DNA of 64,000 bases from a virus. The notes under the pieces were generated by a model. The model saw only the letters and a program-made list of their open reading frames with translations. It did not search any database and was not told the origin of the DNA. The stretch is taken from IMG/VR virus record IMGVR_UViG_3300000318_000002, positions 20,814-84,813 of that record, one strand, 5' to 3'. A program made the position numbers and the translations under genes. The stretch's first letter is position 1. Each line of letters opens with the position of its first letter. Below are positions 18,383 to 28,342 of this stretch, piece after piece.

Positions 18383-18560
18383 ATTTATCGATGTTAATGG
18401 CAATGTAAAGTTTTCCGAAAAAACTACATTGCCAAAATTACAGGAATTTGTTGGCGGCACGGTTACTCATATCGGCAATTACTATTATAATCCGGCGGAG
18501 ATGACGCCGAATAAGCTAAAACCGTCGCTGTGCGGTAATATTGTGGAGGTGGTGAAATGA
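18375..18560 (+). CDS. hypothetical protein (DUF3846-like)
   Basis: TLPKLQEFVGG...N...LCGNIV pattern; AAGGAG RBS. Confidence 0.55.
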   Translation: MFKFIDVNGNVKFSEKTTLPKLQEFVGGTVTHIGNYYYNPAEMTPNKLKPSLCGNIVEVVK

Positions 18561-18615
18561 AAGTATATTTTGAAGATGATTCGCCTTGCGGGATACTCAT
18601 AAGCGAGGATGAGAA

Positions 18616-18786
18616 ATGAAAAGCCAAGAAGAGCTAGGAGAAGAAATTTGTGAATATTGTCCTATTGAGCCGTCCGATCGTGGTGTACATTGTTATGGCG
18701 GATCGGTTAGTATGTGCGAGGGATCGAAATGTGACGATGCCTATGAAAATTATATTGAATCACAAGAGGATAAAAATGAAACGTGA
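18616..18786 (+). CDS. small Cys-rich hypothetical protein
   Basis: Hand-translated 56 aa ...ICEYCP...HCYGG..MCEGSKCDDAYENY; GAGG RBS. Confidence 0.6.
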   Translation: MKSQEELGEEICEYCPIEPSDRGVHCYGGSVSMCEGSKCDDAYENYIESQEDKNET

Positions 18787-19288
18787 AATAACTACAAAAA
18801 CAGAACAACGGAATATTGATATTATGAGTGATTATACGGCAAGTATCAGTGTTTATGAAATTGCTAAAAAATATAATCTTGAGGTTTCCACTGTTCGGAA
18901 TATTATTTGCATTCATGATAAGTCGAAAGAAGAAAAAATAAATAAATATCAAAAAGTAATTGATATGTTTGATCGAGGGTTTTCGAGAAAGGAAATTTCC
19001 ATTAAATTACATATCGGTTATAATAAAGTTCGGGATATTGTAGATAATGGTATTCCGGAAATTGAAATTGAAGAGCAAGAAGAAGTTATTTCTCAAAAAA
19101 AGATAAAATCAATTCCAGGATTATTGATCCAGCCAACGGAACGAGGGGAAATAGATCAGCGACGTTTTCTAAAAGCCAAAATACCGGCAGAAGAACGTGT
19201 CAAAATACATGTTTTGTCTGAAGATCCGAGATGTTTCCGGAATGGGGGTATTCTTTTATCTGCCGTTTTTTTGAATAAAATTAGATAA
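18776..19288 (+). CDS. tandem helix-turn-helix protein
   Basis: SVYEIAKKYNLEVSTVRNII and GFSRKEISIKLHIGYNKVRDIV; start at MKREI. Confidence 0.7.
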   Translation: MKREITTKTEQRNIDIMSDYTASISVYEIAKKYNLEVSTVRNIICIHDKSKEEKINKYQKVIDMFDRGFSRKEISIKLHIGYNKVRDIVDNGIPEIEIEEQEEVISQKKIKSIPGLLIQPTERGEIDQRRFLKAKIPAEERVKIHVLSEDPRCFRNGGILLSAVFLNKIR

Positions 19289-19376
19289 TAATGAAACAGT
19301 TGAAAATAAATTGTTGACAAATAGCCAACAATTTATTTTATTGTTAATATATTTCAAAAGGAGAAAACGACACACT

Positions 19377-19517
19377 ATGTCAAAACTCACCTACCGCCTG
19401 GATCAGCTTCTTTCAAAGAAAGAAAAGCTTAAGGCAGAAAGCGAATCTGTTACATCTGAGATCAAAACCGTAAAACTGGGTATCGCTGAAGAAAAGAAAG
19501 TTGCAAAAGCAAAGTAA
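19377..19517 (+). CDS. small basic coiled-coil protein
   Basis: MSKLTYRLDQLLSKKEKL...; AAGGAG RBS, TTGACA upstream and terminator downstream. Confidence 0.6.
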   Translation: MSKLTYRLDQLLSKKEKLKAESESVTSEIKTVKLGIAEEKKVAKAK

Positions 19518-19528
19518 TTTAGAATCAG

Positions 19529-19560
19529 AAAAAAGGGTGTCTTGACTGGCACTCTTTTTT
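19529..19560. terminator. intrinsic terminator
   Basis: AAAAAAGGGTGTC-ttgact-GGCACTCTTTTTT. Confidence 0.75.
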
Positions 19561-19584
19561 CTTCTTATCATTGAGAGGTTTAAA

Positions 19585-19854
19585 ATGTTGAATAAAGCTT
19601 TAAAATTACTTCGGGTTTATCATGATATGAAGGCGGTGGACCTTGCGGACAAGCTAGGGATGCCCGATAGCTCATTTGTATCATTGATGGAAAAGGGACG
19701 AAGAAAGGTTACAATGGAAATGCTACAAAAATATGCAAATGTTTTTGATATGAAGCCTCAAGAAATTTTAACTTTTGCTGAAAAAATTGAGCACAAAAAA
19801 GGTCTTGAAGTCGCGATCATCAAAAGTATTAAAAAAACCATAGCGGAGTATTAA
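19585..19854 (+). CDS. XRE-family helix-turn-helix regulator
   Basis: LKLLR...LADKLGM..SFVSLMEKGRRKVTMEMLQKYANVF. Confidence 0.88.
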   Translation: MLNKALKLLRVYHDMKAVDLADKLGMPDSSFVSLMEKGRRKVTMEMLQKYANVFDMKPQEILTFAEKIEHKKGLEVAIIKSIKKTIAEY

Positions 19855-19857
19855 ACA

Positions 19858-20208
19858 ATGGCGGGATTTACGTCTATTGGTAATCGTCGGATTTACCATG
19901 ATGAAACATATTTTGTTTCTTATGCTGGTGGGAAGAGAGATCTTGCGGCAAAAGATCAAAAAGAGTACAGTAATATTATTAAACTTCCTTTTGAACTCCA
20001 GCGAAAAGAATTAAAGAAGCTTGGTTTTGAAAAAAATCCTAATGTAATTCCCATTAAAGGAATACGTTTGATTGAAATTTTCAAGACCAGTAATTTTATT
20101 CCGCTCTTTGATCATTTCTTTGATCAATCACATCTTTTAACGGTAACAGATGAAATTGTTTATGAAAGTATTCGTCAGAAAAACTATGAAATTGCACTTG
20201 GTAAATAA
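19858..20208 (+). CDS. hypothetical protein
   Basis: 116-aa ORF, GGAG RBS. Confidence 0.6.
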   Translation: MAGFTSIGNRRIYHDETYFVSYAGGKRDLAAKDQKEYSNIIKLPFELQRKELKKLGFEKNPNVIPIKGIRLIEIFKTSNFIPLFDHFFDQSHLLTVTDEIVYESIRQKNYEIALGK

Positions 20209-20211
20209 AAT

Positions 20212-20541
20212 ATGAAACAGCCTATCAGTATAATCCAAAAAATATATGATTCTGAAATAAATATCCGTATCTCATGGTCCTGGGACGCTGGTTTTTATTG
20301 GTTTATCATAAATCCAAATAGAGCAAGTCGTCAGAACGCCGATATGCTATTGCCGGAAAATCCTCTTAATGAAGATATTTCCAATATTATTGAAGTTGAT
20401 TGGTTAAAAAAGGGATCGAAAGAAACATTTTCAGAAATGGTTGTAGACCTTGCTGAAAATATTGTGTTGCTATATCCTGATTCAAATTTTAGTGGATGGT
20501 ATAAAGAGCAAAATGAAAAAAAAATCAATCCAGATATTTAA
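20212..20541 (+). CDS. hypothetical protein
   Basis: 109-aa ORF in a tightly packed operon. Confidence 0.65.
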   Translation: MKQPISIIQKIYDSEINIRISWSWDAGFYWFIINPNRASRQNADMLLPENPLNEDISNIIEVDWLKKGSKETFSEMVVDLAENIVLLYPDSNFSGWYKEQNEKKINPDI

Positions 20542-20728
20542 ACAGCAAGAAAATTTTGTTCCGGATAATGCCTCTATCGCAAGTGAACAAACATTCCAAT
20601 CTATTTTAAATGAATTTTCAATGATTTTTGCTTCAAATAAAAAAAAATATGGTGATATCGCTAATACTGAAAACACAAAACATATAATAAACAATTCAAA
20701 ACTTTTAACCGTAAGGAAGGTAGATTAA
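20513..20728 (+). CDS. hypothetical protein
   Basis: Probable start MKKKS; fills the gap in the operon. Confidence 0.5.
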   Translation: MKKKSIQIFKQQENFVPDNASIASEQTFQSILNEFSMIFASNKKKYGDIANTENTKHIINNSKLLTVRKVD

Positions 20729-20729
20729 A

Positions 20730-21167
20730 ATGGAAATTTTAAAACATATTTTTTCAGATGCTATATTCTGTTTTGTTTTGTTTTTGATTAAATTTTATGT
20801 TCCTGATTTTGTTGGAGGATTCGGGGTGTTTACCGGGATTCTGTTTTCTTTAAATATTTTGTATTTGCTTTTTTGTATAAGTAATGCTCAAGAAGGATAC
20901 TTTGACAAGCGTTTTCATAAAGAAAATATAAAATTTGCAAATAGAACTATTTCTTTGTGGGTATATGATATTGCTACGGACATATTATATATCATTATTT
21001 TTATTGTTTATTTCCATTATGTTTTTGCTCCAATAGTATTGATGTTTTCCCTAATGGCTAAATTTTATGGCAAGCCAATATTTAACACGTATAAAATATG
21101 GTATGATGCGGTTTATTCAAAGCTTCTGGAGTTTGAGAAAACAAAACTTACAAAAGGACTAAAATAA
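20730..21167 (+). CDS. multi-pass membrane protein
   Basis: Three to four hydrophobic segments. Confidence 0.65.
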   Translation: MEILKHIFSDAIFCFVLFLIKFYVPDFVGGFGVFTGILFSLNILYLLFCISNAQEGYFDKRFHKENIKFANRTISLWVYDIATDILYIIIFIVYFHYVFAPIVLMFSLMAKFYGKPIFNTYKIWYDAVYSKLLEFEKTKLTKGLK

Positions 21168-21358
21168 TGCAAAATGTAGAAATGACGAGTGACGGTAAGA
21201 AATTAACTATTGTCGTTGATCTTACAAAAGAATATGGGGAAAGTGCTTCTAAAAAATCGATTATAATTGCGTCAACCGGCGGGGGTATCGCAATACCCGA
21301 ATCAAATGATATTAAGATCGGATTGAATATTTATAAAAAGGTAAAGAGGAAAAAGTAA
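21167..21358 (+). CDS. small all-beta hypothetical protein
   Basis: MQNVEM..DGKKLTIVVDLTKEYGESASKKSIIIASTGG...IGLNIYK. Confidence 0.7.
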   Translation: MQNVEMTSDGKKLTIVVDLTKEYGESASKKSIIIASTGGGIAIPESNDIKIGLNIYKKVKRKK

Positions 21359-22077
21359 TGGAAATTTTTCAATTAGGACAAGGGTGGATAGAAGTAGACC
21401 CTACAGATCAAAAAGTTAAAGATCAAAAGATAATATTTGAATGTTTGGATAGTTTGCAACCGACATTTATTGATAATTCAGTACGGGTATTGTTTAATTG
21501 CACGATTGAACACTCTTGTTTTTTCGATGAAGATGTAACCATTAATTCGAATTGTAAAATTTCGCATGATGTGAAAATAGGTAAAAAATCACATATAGGA
21601 AATGGTGTTCTTATTGGTCCGAATACTATTATTTCTCAATCTGTAATTATTTCAGATAATGTTTTTATTGGAGAAGATGTTATTATTGGTGATAATGTTA
21701 TTATTGGTAAAGGATCGCGAATAAGATCCGGATCAATTATTGGTAATTTTTCATTTATACATGAAAAAACTTTACTTAATAAAAATATTGTTTTATCGCC
21801 TTTTTGTATTATTCCCGAAAATACCGAGATTAAAGAATCTTTGCAAATAAGCTCTATTATGATCAATGACAATTCTCATGAATTGATTTATTGTAATGGC
21901 GAATTTTTTATTAATAGAATTCATATAATTGATGATGAATTAAATTGTTATCTTGATTATATGGAAAATATCCCAATTTTAAGGGACAAAGATCAAATAG
22001 ATCAAAACAAAATTGATGTTCAAAACACAATTATATGGGCAAAAAAGCAAATTAAAAAAATTAAGGAGATTATATGA
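21358..22077 (+). CDS. left-handed beta-helix (hexapeptide repeat) protein, paralogue of 12521..13324
   Basis: IGxxxx hexapeptides (IGKKSH IGNGVL IGPNTI...); N- and C-caps similar to the 12521 protein. Confidence 0.8.
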   Translation: MEIFQLGQGWIEVDPTDQKVKDQKIIFECLDSLQPTFIDNSVRVLFNCTIEHSCFFDEDVTINSNCKISHDVKIGKKSHIGNGVLIGPNTIISQSVIISDNVFIGEDVIIGDNVIIGKGSRIRSGSIIGNFSFIHEKTLLNKNIVLSPFCIIPENTEIKESLQISSIMINDNSHELIYCNGEFFINRIHIIDDELNCYLDYMENIPILRDKDQIDQNKIDVQNTIIWAKKQIKKIKEII

Positions 22078-22415
22078 AATTTGAAAAGGCACTAGAATTG
22101 GTTAATGTACAATTAAAAAAATCATATCCGTTCTTTAAAGGTGTTGATGAACAAGATGGAAAAGCAATGATTATGATTTGGAATATGTTTGCACTTGTAA
22201 AAAAAAATAAGCTTGACGATTTAGTTTTAATAGCTAAGAACGGAACAGATATAATTTCTATCCCAATTCCCGATGAATTGGAAGACGAAAAAACGTTCAA
22301 TGAGGCTGATGAACAAATAAATGAGTCATCCAAACCGAAGAAAGCAACAAAGAAAGATGCAAAAGGCGCAAAGCCCGATGTCATCTCCGCAACCTCAACA
22401 GAACCAAATAGCTGA
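22074..22415 (+). CDS. hypothetical protein
   Basis: 113-aa ORF, AAGGAG RBS. Confidence 0.6.
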   Translation: MKFEKALELVNVQLKKSYPFFKGVDEQDGKAMIMIWNMFALVKKNKLDDLVLIAKNGTDIISIPIPDELEDEKTFNEADEQINESSKPKKATKKDAKGAKPDVISATSTEPNS

Positions 22416-24030
22416 TACCTACAATAGAGCTTATAAAGAAGGAAGAGCCGCTGTCAAAGAACTTGAAAAGCGGCTCTCTCTTTCTGTTCCTTCCGGCGTA
22501 AAATACGATCAACTCAATAATATCTCTTATAACAATGTTGTTTATCAACGTGATAAAATCCCAGATAGAATCCTTAAAATGGTTGAGCGTCGGAATCCGG
22601 TTGTTGCCGCTGGAATAACGCTCCGGATACAGCAAGCTCTTGAATATTCTAACATTTCCCATGATAAAGATGTTCCCGGTTGGGAATTTGTCCCGCGTGA
22701 TGAGAAACAACAAATGACGCCCAAAATGGAAAAGCAGAAACTTTTCCTTGAATACCTTCTAGAAAAAGGTCATTCTTCTGATTATACGTCATTTGATGGT
22801 GTTGATGAACCTTCTTATTTCCGTGAAAGAATTACTCAATATGTTCGTGATCGAATAACTATTGATAAAGTATGCTGGGAGATTGAACGCGATCTCAAGG
22901 GACGTGCTATAGCACTATGGACTCTCGACGGTGCTACAGTGTTCCCTGTACTTCCTGGCGGGTTTTGGGGTTCGTGTTCGATGATTACCGCTGGGATGGG
23001 AGGGGGTTATACAGAACTTGCCGAAAAGATCCGTCAAGCCCGTCTGACAAATGTTCCTCCAGTCGAAAAAATAGCATTTGTTCAAGAACTTCTTTATGGC
23101 ATGAGTGGCGGCGGGATTGCTGCGGCTTTCACAAATAAAGACATGATTTATGATATTTCAAATGACCTTAATGATGTTCGTTATTATAAACAAGGGTTTT
23201 CAGTTATTGAAAAAGCGAATATTGCCATAACTGCTTTTATCAATTCCCTTTCCTATAATTCAAACGGTCTTTCCCGTGGTGCTATTCCAAAAGTAGCAAT
23301 TTCTATGGGCAAGGAAAGCGGTTACACCGAAGAACAACTTGAAGATCTTCAAGACGAATGGATGGCAAATTTTGAAGGTGTAGATTCTCAATGGAATATT
23401 CCGCTTCTTAATGGGGATGCAAAAGTTCTTAATCTTTTGCCGTCAAATCGTGATATGGAATATCAATCGTACCTTGAATTTACAGGTGCATTAACTTTTG
23501 CCTGTATGGGTATAGATCCTACTGAATGCGGGTTACGATTTAATCAAGCAACTCAGATTATGTCAGAGAACAGCGATGGGAAACAAAAGTTTTCTAAGAA
23601 TCGCGGTCTTGCCGAAATGCTGACCTCTTTTGCGTATACGACAAATAGATTCCTTGAACTCAGTGGATATGATTTTGCAAAAGACTGGAATTTCCGTTTT
23701 AACGGATTATCTTTTGAGGATAAAGGTTTTGAGGCTGATCTTAGAGAAAAGGCAATAAGAACAGATACTACAATTAATGAAAGTCGCATAAAACGCGGTG
23801 ACAAACCGATCAAATATGGTGATATTATTGCGAACCCTCAATTTATTCAATATATAATGAATAAAGAACAACAAGAACAGCAAGGTCAAGATCAAAGTGA
23901 TAATCAAAATGATTTTGGTAGTGATGATACCGAAGATGATGATCTTGATTCAACCGTTGATGATGCAATGAATGAAGCTTTAGGAAGTGATTCATCTCAA
24001 AAAATGGAAAAAGCGTTTAGATTAATATAA
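22321..24030 (+). CDS. portal protein
   Basis: 569 aa; WEIERD..G..IALWTLDGATV, GFSVIE, W.IPLL, NRDMEY, IDPTECG, SKNRGL, TINESR...GDII.NP resemble SPO1/herelle-type portals. Confidence 0.9.
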   Translation: MSHPNRRKQQRKMQKAQSPMSSPQPQQNQIADTYNRAYKEGRAAVKELEKRLSLSVPSGVKYDQLNNISYNNVVYQRDKIPDRILKMVERRNPVVAAGITLRIQQALEYSNISHDKDVPGWEFVPRDEKQQMTPKMEKQKLFLEYLLEKGHSSDYTSFDGVDEPSYFRERITQYVRDRITIDKVCWEIERDLKGRAIALWTLDGATVFPVLPGGFWGSCSMITAGMGGGYTELAEKIRQARLTNVPPVEKIAFVQELLYGMSGGGIAAAFTNKDMIYDISNDLNDVRYYKQGFSVIEKANIAITAFINSLSYNSNGLSRGAIPKVAISMGKESGYTEEQLEDLQDEWMANFEGVDSQWNIPLLNGDAKVLNLLPSNRDMEYQSYLEFTGALTFACMGIDPTECGLRFNQATQIMSENSDGKQKFSKNRGLAEMLTSFAYTTNRFLELSGYDFAKDWNFRFNGLSFEDKGFEADLREKAIRTDTTINESRIKRGDKPIKYGDIIANPQFIQYIMNKEQQEQQGQDQSDNQNDFGSDDTEDDDLDSTVDDAMNEALGSDSSQKMEKAFRLI

Positions 24031-24045
24031 CAGGAGTTTTTTAAA

Positions 24046-25143
24046 ATGTCAGTGAATAAAAAAAGTTTAATGTATTGCCAAATCTCTCATAAAAGTACGA
24101 CATATGAAGTATATGTTGGAGTTACTGATACTGACGAACTTAATGATATACTTCAGGATTGGGCAATCAGCAATACCACTATTGCGGAAGCCCTTGATTT
24201 ACCTGCGGATCTTGTAATATGCCAAGCAATTACTGATTATCTTACAACCAATGATTCCGATGGTTATGTTTATATAAAAAGTGCCGTTTCTGCTTATATG
24301 GATAAAGTAAAGAATGCAGGGCTTACCGGAACTTTCCCAACACTTCCAACCGCCCTTGTTGCAGAGAAATATGTCCTTCCAGCGACAACTGCATTTGTTT
24401 TCTCTGCCGCTTCTTTTGCTGGAGTGTTTGGAGAATATACAATCCCTACAGCGTCTTTTGAGCTTGCGACTGGAGTTAACATAATCGGTATTGATTATAA
24501 TGCGGGAACTCCTCAATATCAGATTTATTCCGATATCTCTTCAGTTAATTATTCCAGCATAATCCCTGTTTGTAAAGTTCTGTATTTTAATAGCAATATT
24601 TATTCTATTCCTCTCGGTGTTTCCGGAGACGGACTTGCTGAAAAAATTATTGCCGATCAACGGAAACAACATCAGTATGTTTTGATAGATGAATTTACAC
24701 TTACTCATGATTCAAACCTTTATACTCAAATAGGGGCATTGTCCGTAACTCACGGGCTTGATACTATTGCTCCGCTTGCGTTTGATTCGTCTTTATCAAA
24801 TAATGATCTTTATCTTTATTACAAAAATTCAAGTTCCGAATGGCAGACAAGTAAGGTTACCCAACTTAATAATCTTCAGTATCAAGGTGCGGGTCTTGTT
24901 GCTCTTGCCGATGGCGAATATGTGGCAAATTATCTTTATCGTTTGGTTGATGGAACGAATAAACTTGCTTTTACAGTGCTTTCTGGTAAATTTACATCTC
25001 TTCAGGATGCAATTAACAGCGCGCCAGTTTCTATCCCTGATACGATAAAAAATTCATCAGTAATTGTCGGACGTATTATATTTGCAAAAGGATCAACAAC
25101 GGGAACTGTACAAAAAGTGCAGAAAATCGTTTTTGGTATATAA
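24046..25143 (+). CDS. putative virion structural protein
   Basis: 365 aa, Thr/Ser/Ala-rich beta composition, directly after the portal gene. Confidence 0.55.
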   Translation: MSVNKKSLMYCQISHKSTTYEVYVGVTDTDELNDILQDWAISNTTIAEALDLPADLVICQAITDYLTTNDSDGYVYIKSAVSAYMDKVKNAGLTGTFPTLPTALVAEKYVLPATTAFVFSAASFAGVFGEYTIPTASFELATGVNIIGIDYNAGTPQYQIYSDISSVNYSSIIPVCKVLYFNSNIYSIPLGVSGDGLAEKIIADQRKQHQYVLIDEFTLTHDSNLYTQIGALSVTHGLDTIAPLAFDSSLSNNDLYLYYKNSSSEWQTSKVTQLNNLQYQGAGLVALADGEYVANYLYRLVDGTNKLAFTVLSGKFTSLQDAINSAPVSIPDTIKNSSVIVGRIIFAKGSTTGTVQKVQKIVFGI

Positions 25144-25168
25144 TTTCAAACAAAAGGAATAAAATTTT

Positions 25169-25507
25169 ATGAAAAAGAATCTTGGGATATTTGACCACTT
25201 CGATTTTTTGAAACAGCAATATCCTTGTGTACTGGATGGATGTTTCGCTTTTGTGAAAGATTCGGGGACAGTTTATCTTCATATCAATAATGCATGGAAG
25301 AATACAAATCTACCCATTACGCATTACGAGTTTTTGGTTAAAGCAGATGATCTTACACCTGATCCTATTATTGATGAAAAGCCTAAATTCGAAACGGTTG
25401 TTGAAGAAAGTTCAGAAGCAACGAACAAATTAGTTGAAGAAGAAGCAATAGAAACGGAAACATCGGAAGAGCCTGAACTCGAAATCAAATTAACCGAGAA
25501 GGAATAA
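25169..25507 (+). CDS. hypothetical protein sharing its N-terminal domain with 25733..26920
   Basis: KNLGIFD...G.FAFVK..TVY.....W.NT, then an acidic tail. Confidence 0.55.
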   Translation: MKKNLGIFDHFDFLKQQYPCVLDGCFAFVKDSGTVYLHINNAWKNTNLPITHYEFLVKADDLTPDPIIDEKPKFETVVEESSEATNKLVEEEAIETETSEEPELEIKLTEKE

Positions 25508-25512
25508 TTTAA

Positions 25513-25719
25513 ATGACACCGCAAAGAAGAAAAACAGATCATATTAGAAATGTATGGGATTTTTTGCGGTGGCTCATCGGCGGTAAGAATTTATTTAAAG
25601 TTACCTTCTATCTTGCTATCGTATTTTTTATTGCTTTTTCAAGTTTTTCTTTTTCAGTAGGAAATAGTCAATTTAAAAAAGACTCCATCACTACAATAAT
25701 TTTGAATTTAATTAAATAG
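25513..25719 (+). CDS. small membrane protein (holin-like candidate)
   Basis: RRKTD motif followed by a single hydrophobic helix. Confidence 0.45.
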   Translation: MTPQRRKTDHIRNVWDFLRWLIGGKNLFKVTFYLAIVFFIAFSSFSFSVGNSQFKKDSITTIILNLIK

Positions 25720-25732
25720 GAGTTTTATAACA

Positions 25733-26920
25733 ATGGCAAAGAACATAGGAACTTTTGATATCCCTGAACTTTTAAAACCTTCAGATCAAGGTGATTATGC
25801 TATCATAAAAAGCACAAGTTCAATGTGGAAATATACAAAGGAAGGTTGGCTCGACACGGGAACACCTTCCGTAGTTTCAGAAGGAGAAACATTCCCTTCT
25901 ACAACCATTTATGTTGATGGGAATAGAACTGACGAATATACTCCAGATGGAACATATGAAAAACCTTTTTTAAAATTTAGTGATGCTCTAGTCGTTGCAC
26001 ATTCTGCGGTAGCAATCAATCTAGCTCCTGGAGCTTATGTTGAAACGGGAACAGTATCTTTACCCGCATATCCGATTACAATTTATGGGAATAAATCAAC
26101 ATTAACCTCTTCTGGAACCATTACAGTAAACGAAGTATTGACTGTTTACGATTTAAATACTGTTGGGGCGGTTGTTTATGCTTATACCGGAGCAGCCAGA
26201 TCGATGAGAATTGGCGGATCAATCAATGGAGCGGTTACAATCCAAGGAGGATTTATACATTTTGATTCATTAAATTATACGGGAACAATGACAATTACGG
26301 GTGGGACTCCATATTTCAGGGGGATGACTGGCGGGGGTTCGATTGTTGTGAACGGTTCTTCTGCGGTAGTAATTTTAAATGATTGTAATCTTAACAAGGC
26401 AAATGTTTCATCCGCCAATATAACTGTTACTTCGGGACAAGTCTTTGGCAAGGGGAGCATTTGTATAAATAAAGGAGATACTTCAAATATTGTATTTAAC
26501 AATACTAATACAATTACCACTCCACATTATTTAACTCAAATAACTTGTAATTATGGCGTATCATGCAATTCTGCTTATACCATTGTTGCTCCAGATAATA
26601 TTATTCCTGTTCTGACTGGTTCTGCTATTGTTGGACCTCCGGCGATTCCTACTTTTGGAGTTGGCGGAGGAACTGCACAAGTACAGACAGCGACTATTCC
26701 GCTTCTTGTTTCAACTTATTATCCAGGAATGAGATTTTCATATGTGGTTTCTGTTTCTAATACGGGCGCGACTCCGACATTGAATGTTAATACTCTTGGT
26801 GCAAAAACAGTAATCAAGGGAACTGGTGCGGCAGTAGCGGCAGGTAGTTTAGCTATTGGAATGGTTGCAGAAATTATTTATGATGGTACATATTTACGTA
26901 TTCTTAATCCTGCTGCATAA
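25733..26920 (+). CDS. fibre/appendage-like protein with right-handed beta-helix
   Basis: IYVDGNR....PDGT.EKPF....AL......I.LAPG.Y pectin-lyase-like start; C-terminal NTGATPTLNVNTLGAK..IYDGT module typical of fibres. Confidence 0.65.
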   Translation: MAKNIGTFDIPELLKPSDQGDYAIIKSTSSMWKYTKEGWLDTGTPSVVSEGETFPSTTIYVDGNRTDEYTPDGTYEKPFLKFSDALVVAHSAVAINLAPGAYVETGTVSLPAYPITIYGNKSTLTSSGTITVNEVLTVYDLNTVGAVVYAYTGAARSMRIGGSINGAVTIQGGFIHFDSLNYTGTMTITGGTPYFRGMTGGGSIVVNGSSAVVILNDCNLNKANVSSANITVTSGQVFGKGSICINKGDTSNIVFNNTNTITTPHYLTQITCNYGVSCNSAYTIVAPDNIIPVLTGSAIVGPPAIPTFGVGGGTAQVQTATIPLLVSTYYPGMRFSYVVSVSNTGATPTLNVNTLGAKTVIKGTGAAVAAGSLAIGMVAEIIYDGTYLRILNPAA

Positions 26921-26929
26921 TATGGCAAT

Positions 26930-28342
26930 ATGAAAAAAACCGTTAAACAGGTTGAGCAAAAAGAATATCAAGAAGTTAAATACATACGTGAGCTGACCGA
27001 ATATTGGTCGGCTTACGTTTCTTCGGTTATCAATGAAATATTTGTTGGTATAGGAACAACTCTTGGTATTTCTGAAAACGAAGCATATAAACTAATAAAA
27101 AATGATCCGTCAAAACTTGAGAAAGCTGGATTCTTTAAAAGCATATTTGAAAAGTTTAAAAATATTTTTAAGTATCGTGTTAAAAAATTCAGACCAAAGG
27201 TAAAACTATTTAATAAAGATGGATCAGTTATTGATGAAAAAAGATGGCAAAAAGTTCAGGACGATATCCATGATTTTTGGGTAAAACAAACTCAAAAAAA
27301 TTCAGAGGATATGACTCTAAAAGGTTTTATTCTTGGCAAGAAAACAAGTAAATATAGAGAAGAAAAGAAGAAGAACTTTGAGAATAAATCTTTTGAACAG
27401 ATAGATGAAGAAGAATATAAGAATAAAATGCCGTCGCGGATTGAAGAAATATATGCAGATTTAAAACCGTCTGAACGCCGGACTATGAATAAAGCCTTGT
27501 CACGTGTAGCAATGCACGTAGCAGACGTTGAAAATAAAGTAAAAAGCTCAATACGAAAGAATGTAGTGCAAGGTCTTAATGCCGGTAAAAGCCCAACGCA
27601 AATAGCGTCTGACCTTTACTGGAATGTTCAGGGAGGATCTAAACAATCAGCAGACGTATTGAGACGCGATTGGAATAGGATTGCTGAAACAGAGGTTCAA
27701 AGCATTTATGAAGCCGGTATTCTTGCGCCTCATGAAGAAGAGGCAAGGGAATCAATAGAAAATCCAGAAAAAGCACAATATTTTGTTTATACAGGCGGAA
27801 CTTGTAAGTGGTGTAAATCCCAACAAGGGACTATTGTCAGGTTACTTCCGGAAGACGTTATAAGAGATAAAAATAATGACAGTCTTTCGTCAATGGGTAT
27901 TGATGATTATTTTACAGATATCGCTGTTTGGATTGGTAAAAATAATGTCGGACGGTATTCGTATAAAGATCCTTACTGGCAAATCTGTACACCTGCTCAT
28001 CCGCACGGGGTAGCTACGTTACATCCTATAGATTTTGAAAAAGAATTTTACAATGAAAATACGGGACGAGTAGAAGCCAAATTGACGCAGTATTCAGGAA
28101 TACCAAAGAAAAAAGATTTTGAGTTTACACCGGAAGAAATAGAAAATAGAAAGCCTCATTTTGTCGGCAATAACAGAGTGATGTTTAATGATAATTTGTA
28201 TGAAAGAGTATCTCCTGATGAATATAAATCATCTTTAAAACGCTGGAATGATAACCCTAATCTTCCGATTCCCGTATCGGCAGGGACTACAAGTGATAGA
28301 CAAATTTTTGAAGCTGCGGAGAAAAATAGAAATGATTCTTGA
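26930..28342 (+). CDS. head morphogenesis protein (MuF / SPP1 gp7-like)
   Basis: IASDLY...RDWNRIAETE, CKWC, and PAHPHG (equivalent of HPxCRC). Confidence 0.75.
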   Translation: MKKTVKQVEQKEYQEVKYIRELTEYWSAYVSSVINEIFVGIGTTLGISENEAYKLIKNDPSKLEKAGFFKSIFEKFKNIFKYRVKKFRPKVKLFNKDGSVIDEKRWQKVQDDIHDFWVKQTQKNSEDMTLKGFILGKKTSKYREEKKKNFENKSFEQIDEEEYKNKMPSRIEEIYADLKPSERRTMNKALSRVAMHVADVENKVKSSIRKNVVQGLNAGKSPTQIASDLYWNVQGGSKQSADVLRRDWNRIAETEVQSIYEAGILAPHEEEARESIENPEKAQYFVYTGGTCKWCKSQQGTIVRLLPEDVIRDKNNDSLSSMGIDDYFTDIAVWIGKNNVGRYSYKDPYWQICTPAHPHGVATLHPIDFEKEFYNENTGRVEAKLTQYSGIPKKKDFEFTPEEIENRKPHFVGNNRVMFNDNLYERVSPDEYKSSLKRWNDNPNLPIPVSAGTTSDRQIFEAAEKNRNDS

